Assembly (NCBI RefSeq): GCF_004010195.1
Contig: NC_057720.1
Span: 4,909,776 to 4,973,775 of the forward strand
Direction: 5' to 3'
DNA: 64,000 nucleotides
Source of the DNA: Chiloscyllium plagiosum
Taxonomy: Eukaryota
The translations under genes and the position numbers were made by a program. The notes under the pieces are model-generated. The model was not told where the DNA came from and made no database searches. It saw only the letters and a list, made by a program, of their open reading frames with translations. Shown piece by piece: positions 1 to 11,391 of the stretch. Numbering within the stretch: position 1 is the first letter of the stretch; every line of letters starts with the position of its first letter.

Positions 1-499
1 TGTGTGCAGTTCTGGTCGCCTCATTTTAGGAAAGATGTGGAAGCTTTGGAGAGGGTGCAGAGAGGATTTACCAGGATGTTGCCTGGAATGGAGAATAGGT
101 CGTACGAGGATGGGTTGAGAGTGCTAGGCCTTTTCTCATTGGAACGGTGAAGGATGAGGGGTGACTTGATAGAGGTTTATAAGATGATCAGGGAAATAGA
201 TAGAGTAGACAGTCAGAGACTTTTTTCTCTGGGTACAACAGAGTGTTACAAGGGGACATAAATTTGAGGTGAAGAGTGGAAGGTATAGGGGGATGTCAGG
301 GGTAGGTTCTTTACCCAGAGAGTGGTGGGGGCATGGAATGCGCTGCCTGTGGGAGTGGCAGAGTCAGAATCATTGGTGACCTTTAACTGGCAATTGGATA
401 GGTACATGGATGGGTGCTTAAGCTAGGACAAATGTTCGGCACAACATCGTGGGCCGAAGGGCCTGTTATGTGCTGTATTGTTCTATGTTCTATGTTCTA
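1..499 (+). mobile_element. CR1 LINE 3' end
   Basis: CVQFWSP...LERVQRRFTRM ORF2 C-terminus followed by a (ttctatg)n tail at about 479-499. Confidence 0.9.
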
Positions 500-1084
500 A
501 CCTGTGAACTATTCTCAGCCCATCCCCCTACACTATCCCAAAATCATCCATGTGCTTATCCAAGGATTGTTTAAATCTCCCTGATGTGGCTGAGTTAACT
601 ACATCAGCAGGTAGGGCATTCCATGCCCTTACCACTCTCTGTGTAAAGTACCTGCCTCTGACATCTGTCTTAAATCTATCACCCCTCAGTTTGTGGCTAT
701 GCCCCCTTGTACAAGCTAACGTCATCATCCTAGGAAAAAGACTTTCTAATCCTCTGATCATCTTGTATGTCTCTATCAAATCCCCTCTTAGTCTTCTTTC
801 CAACGAGAACAGACCCAAGTCTCTCAGCCTTTCCTCATAAGACCTTCCCTCCAGACCAGGCAATATCCTGGTAAATCTCCTCTGCACCTTTTCCAATGCT
901 TCCACATCCTTCCCGAAATATGGCGACCAGAACTGTACACAATATTCCAAGAGTGGCCGCACCAGCGTTTTGTACAGTTGCAGCATGATATTGCGGCTCC
1001 GGAACTCAATCCCTCTACAAATGAAACCTAACATACCATACGCCTTCTTAATAGCACTATCCACATGGATGGCAACTTTCAGGA
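500..1084 (-). mobile_element. CR1 LINE ORF2 3' fragment
   Basis: [19 protein letters not shown]...FTQRVVRAWNALP in ORF 528-1247. Confidence 0.9.
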
Positions 1085-1136
1085 GCAGGAATCCTGATGA
1101 AGGGCTTAAGCCCGAAATATAGATTCTCCTGCTCCT
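1081..1136 (+). ncRNA. Minimal type-I hammerhead ribozyme motif in a PLE terminus fragment (1081-1220)
   Basis: GAATC-CTGATGA(1094-1100)-A-GGGC ttaa GCCC-GAAA(1114-1117)-TA-TA-GATTC. Stem I is GAAUC/GAUUC, extended by AGGAGCAG/CUGCUCCU. Confidence 0.6.
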
Positions 1137-1369
1137 CGATGCTGCCTGACCTGCTGTGCTTTTCCAGCACCACACTCTTTGACTCTGATCTCCAGCATCT
1201 GCAGTCCTCACCTTCTCCTGTACATTGATGACACCTCCAGTAATCATTGTGGTTCTGGACAGAGACTAGTTACACAAACGAATGGGGTCAAAATCCCTCA
1301 GAGATCAATAGGGAATACCCTTGCATCTAAATTAGAATATAGAACCATAATGCCATTAAAGGTGGGATC

Positions 1370-1792
1370 TCAAGGATTTTGACCCAATGACAGTGAATGA
1401 ACGTGGGGATATTTCCAAGTCAGGATGGTGAGTGGTTTGAAGGGGAACTTGCAGGGGGCTGTTTTCCCATGTACCTGCTGCCCCTACAAGGCACAAGTCA
1501 GATATTTCCTTCTAGATGGAAATGACCATGGGTTTGGAAGATGCTGTCTAAGGAGCCTTGCTGAATTTCTGCACTGTATCTTATAGATAGTACACACTGC
1601 TGCTACTGAGTGTTGGTGGGGAAGGGAGTGGATGTTTGTGGATGTGGTGCCAATCAAGTGGACTGCTTTATCCTGGATAGTGTCAAGCTTCATGAGTGTT
1701 GTTGGAGCTGCACCCATCCAGGAAAGTGGGGAGTTTTCCATCACCCTCCTGACTTATGCCTTGTAGATGGTGGACAGGCTTTCGAGAGTCAG
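1370..1792 (-). mobile_element. Second LINE family (CR1/L2 superfamily) 3' fragment; related copies at about 17935-18520 (-), 38340-38640 (+), 43095-43395 (-) and 55160-55900 (-)
   Basis: AQVRSVMEYSP-AW...TLxKLDTIQDKAxxLIG RT C-terminal motif and a shared 3' end (aagggcaactaggg...aataaatgctgg). Confidence 0.75.
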
Positions 1793-2330
1793 GATTTTGT
1801 TTGTTTCGTTGAGATCGCCTCTGATTCGTCTAAACTGCCGAGAATATTGGTCCAATTTACTCAGTCTCTCATGGGACAAATGTCTCACTCAGGGATCGAT
1901 TTAATGGAGCCTCGCTATTACTGTGAACATAAGTGTGTTGTTTCTTATACATGGAGACTAAAACAATACCAACACAGACTTTAAGAAGCTGGAGATACTG
2001 ACTATGATAAGTAGACTTTACAGCTTCTATTAATAGCACTTTACATGACCTCAAATGATTTTAGATTAGATTAGATTCCCTACAGTGTGGAAACAGACCC
2101 TTCGGCTCAACAAGACTCTAAACCAAAAGTTCAATCCTGAAAAGGTCTGACCTCCACAAAGGATTTCTAGCCATCACATTTCACTTTGTGGCTTTATTCT
2201 GTCATCTTCACCGAGAGACCAGGGAGACGTGGCGGACTTTTATGGAGAGGAGGCAGATAGTGCTGGAGAAACTCAACGGGTCTTTCAGAGAGGATAGAGA
2301 AAGCAAAATTAACTTCTTGAGTCCAGTGCA

Positions 2331-2905
2331 AGTCATAGAGTCATAGAGATGTACAGCATGGAAACAGACCCTTCAGTCCAACCCATCCATGCCGACCAGA
2401 TATCCCAACCCAATCTCATCCCACCTGCCAGTACCCAACCCATATCTCTCCAAACCCTTCCTATTCATAAACCCATCCAGATACCTTTTAAATGTAGCTA
2501 TTGTACCAGCCTCCACCACTTCTTCTGGCAGCTCAATCCATATACACACCACCCTCTGCATGAAAAAGTTGCCCCTTAGGTCCCTTTTATATCTTTCCCC
2601 TCTCACCCTAAACCTATGCCCTCTAGTTCTGGACTCCCCCACCCCAGGGAAAAAAAAGATTTTGTCTATTTACCCTATCCATGCCCCTCATGATTTTATA
2701 AACCTCTATAAAGGTCACCCCTCAGCCTCCGACGCTCCAGGGAAAACAGCCCCAGTCTATTCAACCACTGCCTAGACCTCAAACCTTCCAACCCTGGAAC
2801 ATTCTTGTAAATCTTTTCTGAACCCTTTCAAGTTTCACAACATCTTTCCGATAGGAAGGAGACCAGAATTGCACGCAATATTCCAACAGTGGCCTAACCA
2901 ATGTC
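2331..2905 (-). mobile_element. CR1 LINE 3' fragment with a (ctctatga)n tail; same family at about 11662-12070 (+), 18588-19155 (-), 30390-30905 (-), 32740-33130 (+), 45362-45720 (-), 52733-53135 (-) and 63756-64000 (-)
   Basis: ESRTRGHRFRVRGERYKRDLRGNFF..RVV..WNELPEEVVEAG motif; tail reads gtcatagagtcatagag on the + strand. Confidence 0.88.
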
Positions 2906-3869
2906 CGGAAATAGGATCACTGCACCCAAAACATCACTATTTTCTCTCTCACTCTCTCTCTACAGATGCTGCCACAGCTGTTGAGTTTCTTCAGCATTGC
3001 CTGCGTCCACAGTTCGGTTTTGTTATTACGACAGAGTTTTGTCTGTGATAACTTTTGACCTGTGGCTCATTATGGCAGCAAACTGTGAGGGGCTGGGGAG
3101 TGATTGGATTCAAGAGCCAAAGAGCCAGTTAAGAAACTTAACATTAACCATCTGCAGACTGGTCAGTACACAGAACTGAACATTCAGGGAGACAGTTGAG
3201 GGAAAGTGAGTGAGAAATTGGATAAATGCTTTGCAGAGGAAGGATGTGAGGACTAGGTGAGTGGTCAGCCTGCAAGGCTCCCTTGCAATGAGGCATACTA
3301 ACATGATTTTAAAGAGTAAATTGTAATTTGCAGAAAATGTCATATGCTGGAGCATGCATCATCTCGGCTGTGTTGTCCATGCTGAGAGACTGAGTAAAGT
3401 GGGTCGATATTCTCTAGAGTGGGGAGAACAGGAGATCATTTCACTGAATCATACAAGATTTTAAATCAGAAACAAAAACAGAAAAGCTCAGCAGGTTTGG
3501 CAGCATCTGTGGAGAGAAATGAGAGTTAATGTTTCGGGTCACATGATCCTTTCTCAGTGTTTCTGATTTAAAACACCTGAAGTTCTTTCGGTTTTTATTT
3601 ATATCAGCTTTCTTTATATTTTCACAAGGGAAGTGAGCATCATTAGGCAGCATTTACTGCTTGTCCTTAATTACCCAGAGGGCAGTTTGGAGTCAGCAGT
3701 CGGCCAGTCTGAATAAGGATGGCAGATTTCCTTCTCTCAAAGGCGTTAGTGAACCAGATGTGTTTTTCCAATAATCGATTTGATTGTCACATGTACCTAG
3801 GTACAGTGAAAGGTTTTATTTTGCATGCAGTACAGGCAGAACGTAGCATACAAAGTGCATTAGGGTAAT

Positions 3870-4924
3870 AGAACAGAACATAGAAATAGAATATTACAGC
3901 GCAGTACAGGCCCTTCAGCCCTCAATGTTGCGCTGACCTGTGAAACCAATCTGAAGCCGACCTAACCTACAATATTCCATTATCATCCATATGTTTATCC
4001 AATGACCATTTAAATATCCTTAAAGTTGGCGAGTCTACTACTGTTGCAGGCAAGGCATTCCATGCCCTTACTACTCTCTGAGTAAAGAAACTATCTCTGA
4101 CATTTGTCCTATATCTATGCCCCCTAAAGCTATGCCCCCTTGTGCTAGTCATCAACATCTGAGGAAAAAGGGTCTCACTGTTCACCCAATCTAACCCTCT
4201 GATTATCTTGTATGTCTCAATTAAGTCGCCTCTCAACCTTCTTCTAACAAAAATAGCCTCAAGTCTCTCAGCCTTACCTCATAAGACCTTCCCTTCATAC
4301 CAGGCAACATCCTAGTAAATCTTCTCTGAACCCTTTCCATGCTTCCACATCCTTCCTACATTTTGATGTTCAGAACTGCACATAATATTCCAAATGTGGC
4401 CACTCCAGAGTTTTATACAGCTACAGCATGGCCTAATGGCTCCAAAACTCAATCCCTCCACCAATAAAAACTAACACACTGTACGCCTTCATAACAACCC
4501 TATCAACCTGGGTGGCAACTTTCAGGGATCTATGTACATGGACACCGAGATCTCTCTGCTCATCTACACAACCAAGAATCTTACCATTCACCCAGTACAC
4601 TGTATTCCTGTTACTCCTTCCAAAGTGAATCACCTCACACTTTTCTATATTAAACTCCATTTTCCACCTCTCAGCCCAGCTCTTCAGCTTATCTAGTTCC
4701 CTCTGTAACCTGTAACATCCTTCAGCACTATCCACAACTCCACCGATCTTAGTGTCATCCACAAATTTACTAACCCATCCTTCTACACCCTCATCCAGGT
4801 TATTTATAAAAATGACAAACAGCAGTGGCCCAAAACAGATCCTTGCGGTCCACCACTCATAACTGAACTTCGGGATGAACATTTCTCATCAACCACCATC
4901 CTCTGTCTTCTTTCAGCTAGCCAA
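3870..4924 (-). mobile_element. CR1 LINE RT fragment; similar fragments at about 5500-6030 (-), 36120-37632 (+), 43440-44130 (+), 55895-56960 (-) and 61390-62090 (+)
   Basis: LFVIFINNLD...KFVDDTK, WxMEFNxxKC and RGDLIETYK motifs. Confidence 0.88.
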
Positions 4925-5179
4925 CAGAGCGAGAAATAAAATGTTACAGTTGCAGAGAAAATGCACACAGAGAGAGATCAACATTAAATTTAAAATTTGA
5001 GAGGTCCATTCAGGACTGTAATAATACCAGGGAAGACGCTTGATAAGTGATAGTTCATGGTCCCTGTTACTGATTATAGTTATTAATTCCAGATTTATTA
5101 ATTAAATGAATTTAAATTTCACCAGAAAATCAGGCTATTTAATATGATCATGGCTGATCAAGCAACTCAGTCACTTTGT

Positions 5180-5490
5180 GGGCGGCACGGTGGCACAATG
5201 GTTAGCACTGGTGCCTCACAGAGTCAGAGACCCGGGTTCAATTCCCGCCTCAGGTGACTGATTGTGTGGAGTTTGCACGTTCTCCCCGTGTCTGCGTGGA
5301 TTTCCTCTGGGTGCTCCGGTTTCCTCCCACAGTCCAAAGATGTGCAGATCAGGTGAATTGGCCATGCTAAATTGACCGTAGTGTTAGGTAAGGGGTAAAT
5401 GTAGGGGTCTGGGTGGGTTGCGCTTCGGCGGGTCAGTGTGGACTTGTTGGGCCGAAGGGCCTGTTTCCACACTGTAATGTAATCAAATCT
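5180..5490 (+). mobile_element. tRNA-derived V-SINE (HE1-like)
   Basis: A box tggcacaatgg, B box ggttcaattcc, V-domain tgtgtggagtttgcacgttctccccgtgtctgcgtgg, and a CR1-derived tail gggccgaagggcctgtttcc...(aatct)n. Confidence 0.88.
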
Positions 5491-6034
5491 AAAAAAACCC
5501 TTTGATCCCTTTAGCCTTGAGAACTATATCTAACTCCTTCTTGAAAACACTCAATGCTTTGGCCTCAACCACTTTCTGTGGTGGAGAATTCCACAGGTTC
5601 CCCACTCTCTCCATCTCAGTTCTCCAGATTCTCTATCCTTAGACAGTGGTCCCTAGTTCCGGACTCACCCAGTCAACAGCAATATCTTTCCTGCTTTCCA
5701 GTTCTGTTAAAATTTTCTAGGTGTCTATGAGATCTTGTTTATATTCCTCTAAATTCCAGTGAATATAATCCTAACTGATCCAATCTTTCTTTATACATCA
5801 CTCCTACCATCCCAGGGAATGAGTCTAATAAACCTTTGCTACACTTCCTCCATACCAGAACATCCTCCCTCGAATAAGGAGACCAAAATAGCATACAATA
5901 CTCCAGGTGTGGTCTCACCAAGACCCTGTACAATTGCAGTAAGACATCCCTGCTCCTGTACGCGAATCTTTTCACTGTGAAGGCCAACATACCATTTGCT
6001 TTCCTCATCGCCTGCTCGCTTACTCTCAAAGTCT

Positions 6035-6965
6035 GGTAATTGAGGGACACTCAGCTCTCATTGTGCCTTCCCTTTTCCCAATCCAATACCATTCAGAATA
6101 TAACCAGCCCACTACCAAAGTGGATAGCCTCACATTATCCACTGAGTTCACTGATCTGAGTTCAAAACAAACCATGGCAGATGTTGCAGTTTGAAGTCAA
6201 TAAACATTTAGGGAAGGAAACTGCCATCCTTACCCAGTCTGGTCTGCATGTGACTCCCAGACCCACAGTGATGTGGTTCATTCTCAACTGCCCTCTGGGT
6301 ACTTAGAGATGGCCAGTGCCACCCACATCCTGGGAATGAATAAAAACATTCCCTGCTCCAGGTCCAAAACCCAGACTTCCAGGACGTGTAGACAGATTGG
6401 TCCCGGGCACTGCAATGGGGTCTCACTTCTATCCTGCATGGGTTAGGAGGAATACACCTAGCCCTGAACTCTCCCTCCATGACTTACCCCTTTAAACTAA
6501 GGTAATTGAGGGACACTCAGCTCTCATTGTGCCTTCCCTTTTTCCAATCCAATACCATTCAGAATATAACCAGCCCACTACCAAAGTGGATAGCCTCACA
6601 TTATCCACTGAGTTCACTGATCTGAGTTCAAAACAAACCATGGCAGATGTTGCAGTTTGAAGTCAATAAACATTTAGGGAAGGAAACTGCCATCCTTACC
6701 CAGTCTGGTCTGCATGTGACTCGCAGACCCACAGCGATGTGGTTCATTCTCAACTGCCCTCTGGGTACTTAGAGATGGCCAGTGACACCCACATCCTGGG
6801 AATGAATAAAAACATTCCCTACTCCAGGTCCAAAACCCAGCCTTCAGGACGTGTAGACAGACTGGTCTCGGGCACTGCAATGGGGTCTCACTTCTATCTT
6901 GCATGGGTTAGGAGGAATATACCTAGCCCTGAACTCTCCCTCCATGACTTACCCCTTTAAACTAA
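6035..6965. repeat. Tandem duplication of a 466-bp unit (6035-6500 and 6501-6965)
   Basis: Both units start ggtaattgagggacactcag and end tttaaactaa; about 10 substitutions and one 1-bp indel by eye. Confidence 0.95.
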
Positions 6966-7143
6966 ATCCTTAGATTGCCCTTCAACTCAATTACTGTAAG
7001 GTCATTCCTCTCTGGACCTTTGTACTATTGATCTTATTAATTTAAAACCTAAATGATAAACCTTCAAATGATAAGCAGTCTATATATATATATATATATA
7101 TTTCACCCATGTAGTTGCTTCCTGTAGCCTTGAGTTACTTTTT

Positions 7144-7321
7144 GACACTCTTCCCAGAATGCTCCACTGCGAGACTGACTGCGGGACACTCTTCTCAGAA
7201 TGCTTCACTGCGAGACTGACTGCGGACACTCTTCCCAGAATGCTTCACTGCGAGACTGACTGTGGGACACTCTTCCCAGAATGCTTCACTGCGAGACTGA
7301 CTGTGGGACACTCTTCCCAGA
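7144..7321. repeat. 41-bp minisatellite, about 4.4 copies
   Basis: Unit gacactcttcccagaatgcttcactgcgagactgactgtgg starts at 7144, 7185, 7225, 7266 and 7307. Confidence 0.95.
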
Positions 7322-7993
7322 TTGCTGAAGATTGTCAATAGTCCATCACTTAAGCCTGGGAAGGACAGATGTTTTGGTTTTTCAGGAATTCAAGGGATAA
7401 ATGGAATGAGCTGTAATGTGGATTTTCAGCATAATCAGCCATAATCATGTTGGGAAGTGGAACAGGCTCAATGGAATGAATGGTCTTCTCCTGCTCCTAT
7501 TCCTTAATTTTCTAGGGTCTTAACCAGGTGCGCATCATATCCGAGGCTTGCACAGTTTTCCAGACATTATTTATCTTGGCTATTGTCTACTAGGTCACAT
7601 GCAAACTCTCCATGTGTGGTTCCAGCAGGTGGAAGCGTCTTTACAGTGAACATCGGTTTTTATGTGTACATTTTGTAGTGTTATTCTGTATTGCACAGTG
7701 GAATTTTTATACCAGGTACCCACATGATTACCTAAATTCCCTGGATTGATAGTCTAGTTCAGCCATCACATCTCTGATGTTCAGATACAACACTGGAGAA
7801 GATTCTGGAAGGTCTCAGGTGATGAGGGAGCATCTGTGGAGGATCAAAGGTTGGACTGAGTATTTCATGCCTCTCTCTCTCAGTCTCTCTCTGTCTCTCC
7901 CTCTCTCCTCAGGTACTATCCAAAGGAGCTTCACACTTCCAGAATGTTCTCCCTGATGGTTTTGACCAGATTATGTTTTCCTTTGCAATGCAG

Positions 7994-8209
7994 GGAGATG
8001 TGGAATTTGTCCGGACAGGATACGGGAAAGATGTGGTGAAGGTCCTCACGATCAGGAGAGAGGGAAAGCGTCATTACATCAAAGAGTTTGAAGCAAACAT
8101 TCAGCTTACACTGAAGACCTTAAAGGATTACATGCATGGAGACAATTCTGATATTATTCCGACGGACACAATGAAAAATACCATTCACGCCTTGGCTAAG
8201 CTCAAAGGA
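7994..8209 (+). CDS. uox: Urate oxidase (uricase), coding exon 2 ([13 protein letters not shown]...[19 protein letters not shown])
   Basis: Translation matches the vertebrate uricase N-terminus ([21 protein letters not shown]). Acceptor ttgcaatgcag|GGA, donor GGA|gtaagt; 216 nt, phase 0/0. Confidence 0.97.
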
Positions 8210-8383
8210 GTAAGTGTGCTTCTAGGTTTTGTTGCTGTAAATGTAAAGTTGTGATAGTCCCATTAGAGAGAGATGATGTTGTTGGCTTATAGTGAGGGTC
8301 ACCACAGGTCAGGAAAAGGGAGAGGGAGACAGTAACCACAGTCAGCCTGTGCTGTTGGCATCAGTCTGCATTATAAACCAGCT

Positions 8384-11300
8384 AGGAGAAAGTGAGGACT
8401 GCAGATGCTGGAGAGTCAGTCAAAATGTGTGGCGCTGGAAAAGCATAGCAGATCAGGCAGCATCCGAGGAGCAGGAGAGACAACATTTCAGTCATAAGCT
8501 CTTCATCAGGAATGTGGGGAGGGGTAAGGGGGCTGAGTGATAAATGGGAGGGGGATGGGGCTGGGGGGCAGGTAGCTGGGAAGGTAATAGGTAGATGAAG
8601 GTGGGGAGGTGATGGTGATAGCTGAAAATGTGTTGCTGGAAAAGCGCAGCAGATCAGGCATCATCCAAGGAGCAGGAGTATCGACTTTTCGGGCATGAGC
8701 CCTTCTTCAGGAATGAGGAAAGTGTGCCCAGCAGGCTAAGATAAAAGGTAGGGAGGAGGGACTTGGGAGAGGGGCGTTGGAAATGCGATAGGTGGAANNN
8801 NNNNNNNNNNNNNNNNNNNNNNNNNNNNNNNNNNNNNNNNNNNNNNNNNNNNNNNNNNNNNNNNNNNNNNNNNNNNNNNNNNNNNNNNNNNNNNNNNNNN
8901 NNNNNNNNNNNNNNNNNNNNNNNNNNNNNNNNNNNNNNNNNNNNNNNNNNNNNNNNNNNNNNNNNNNNNNNNNNNNNNNNNNNNNNNNNNNNNNNNNNNN
9001 NNNNNNNNNNNNNNNNNNNNNNNNNNNNNNNNNNNNNNNNNNNNNNNNNNNNNNNNNNNNNNNNNNNGGAAGTAAGGGGGGAGGTGTGGGCGCAAGTTTT
9101 GCATTTCTTGCGGTTGCAGGGGAAGATGCCGGGAGTGGAGATTGGGTTGGTGGGGGGTGTGGACCTGACCAGGGAGTCACGGAGGGATTGGTTTTTTCGG
9201 AACGCTGATAGGGGAGCTGGTGGTGGGTTCCGTTTGGAGATGGCGGAAATGACGACGGATGATACGATGTATATTGAGGTTGGTGGGATGGTAGGTGAGG
9301 ACCAGTGGGGTTCTGTCCTGGTGGCGATTGGAGGGGCGGGGCTCAAGTGCGGAGGAGCGGGAAGTGGAGGAGATGCGGTGGAGAGCATCGCCGATCACGT
9401 CTGGGGGAAAATTGTGGTCTTTGAAGAAGGAGGCCATCTGGGTTGTACGGTATTGGAACTGGTCCTCCTGGGCCTCCTGGGAGCAGATGCGGCGGAGACG
9501 AAGGAATCGGGAATATGGGATGGCGTTTTTACAGGGGTCAGGGTGGGAGGAAGTGTAGTCCAGGTAGCTGTGGGAGTCGGTCGGTTTTTAGTAAATGTCC
9601 GTGTTGATTCGGTTGCCCGAAATAGAAATGGAGAGTCCTAGGAAGGGGAGGGAGGAGTCTGAGACGGTCCAGGTAAATTTGAGGTCAGGGTGAAACCAAC
9701 ACCTTCCACCCCGACCTCAAATTTACCTGGAACGTCTCAGACTCCTCCCTCCCCTTCCTAGACCTCTCATTTCTATTTCGGGCGACCGAATCAACACGGA
9801 CATTTACTATAAACCGACCGACTCCCACAGCTACCCAGACTACACCTCCTCCCATCCTGCCCCCTGCAAAAACGCCATCTCATATTCCCGATTCCTTTGT
9901 CTTCGCCGCATCTGCTCCCAGGAGGACCAGTTCCAATACCGTACAACCCAGATGGCCTCCTTCTTCAAAGACCGCAATTTCCCCCGAGATGTGATCGACG
10001 ATGCTCTCCACCACATCTCCTCCACTTCCCGCTCCTCCGCCCTTGAGCCCCNNNNNNNNNNNNNNNNNNNNNNNNNNNNNNNNNNNNNNNNNNNNNNNNN
10101 NNNNNNNNNNNNNNNNNNNNNNNNNNNNNNNNNNNNNNNNNNNNNNNNNNNNNNNNNNNNNNNNNNNNCCCAAGGGATCCTTCCATATCCGCCACAAATT
10201 CACCTGCACCTCCACACACACCATTTACTGCATCCGCTGCACCCGGTGTGGCCTCCTCTATATTGGGGTGACAGGCCGCCTACTTGCGGAACACCTCTGG
10301 GACACCCGGACCAACCAACCCAACCACCCCGTAGCTCAACACTTCAACTCCCCTCCCACTCCACCAAGGACATGCAGGTCCTTGGACTCCTCCATCGCCA
10401 GACCATAGCAACACGATGGCCGGAGGAAGAGCGCCTCATCTTCCGCCTAGGATCCCTCCATCCACAAGGGATGAACTCAGATTTCTCCAGTTTCCTCATT
10501 TCCCTTCCTTGTCTCAGTCCCAACCCTCGAACTCAGCACCACCTTCCTAACCTGCAATCTTCTTCCTGACCTCTCCGCCCACACCCCCACTCTGGCCTAT
10601 CACCCTCACCTTGACCTCCTTCCACCTATCGCATTTCCAATGCCCCTCCCCCAAGTCCCTCCTCCCTACCTTTTATCTTAGCCTGCTGGACACACTTTTC
10701 TCATTCCTGAAGAAGGGGTCATGCCCGAAAAGTCGATACTCCTGCTCCTTGGATGCTGCCTGACCTGCTGCGCTTTTCCAGCAACACATTTTCAGCTCTG
10801 ATTTTCAGCCATGTTGCAGGGTTGGATCTGGGATAAGGTGGGGGAAGGGGAGGAAACTGGTGAAGTCAATGTTGATGCCGTGTGGTTGGAGTATCCAAAG
10901 GCAGAAGATCAGGCATTATTCCTCCAGTTATCGGGTGGCTAGGATTTGGCGTTGGAGGAGGCCCAGGACTTGCATGTCCTTGGCGGAGTGGGAGAGGGTG
11001 TTGAAGTGGTCAGCCACAGGTCAGTGGGATTGGGTACGTGTATCCCAGAGATGTTCCCTGAAATGTTTGGTGAGTTGGTGCCCTGTCTCCCCAGTGTAGC
11101 GAAGACCACATTGAGAGCAGCGGACACAGTAGATAGGCACCGCACTCTTGAACTGTCCCACCTGTCCATCTTTCTGCCCATCTTTCCGTGCCACCCTCCC
11201 AACCTATCACCATCACACCTCACCTTCATCTACTATCGCCTTCCAAGCTACCTTCTCCCCAGCCCTACTCTCAGCCCCCTTGCCCCTCCCCCACATTCCT

Positions 11301-11391
11301 GATGAAGGGCTTATCCCTGAAATGTTGACACTCCTGCTCCTTGGATTCTCCCTGACCTGCTGTGCTTTTCCAGCACCACACCTTTTGACTC
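8384..11391. mobile_element. Composite Penelope-like element insertion: an outer fold-back copy containing a head-to-head inverted PLE pair (about 8620-10800)
   Basis: GIY-YIG remnant TIYCIRCTRCGLLYIG (ORF 10001 +) and RT/thumb remnants on both strands. Hammerhead cores at 8681-8710 (-), 10707 (+) and 11299 (+). TSD ttataaaccagct at 8371-8383 and 11392-11404. Confidence 0.85.

Noticed and set aside
528..1247. 239-aa ORF as a novel gene
   Set aside because: It is a chance fusion of an antisense PLE terminus to a CR1 ORF2 C-terminus.
3072..3090. ATG GCA GCA AAC T|gtgagg as uox exon 1
   Set aside because: The donor would be phase 1, whereas exon 2 begins in phase 0. The strong donor ag|gtgagt near 3257 is preceded by an in-frame TAG. 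Exon 1 is left unassigned.
5180..5255. tRNA genes at SINE heads
   Set aside because: The A and B boxes continue directly into the V-domain and LINE-derived tail, so these are SINEs rather than tRNA genes.
7144..7321. 41-bp repeats as a CRISPR array
   Set aside because: The units are contiguous with no unique spacers, there are no cas genes, and the context is a vertebrate intron.
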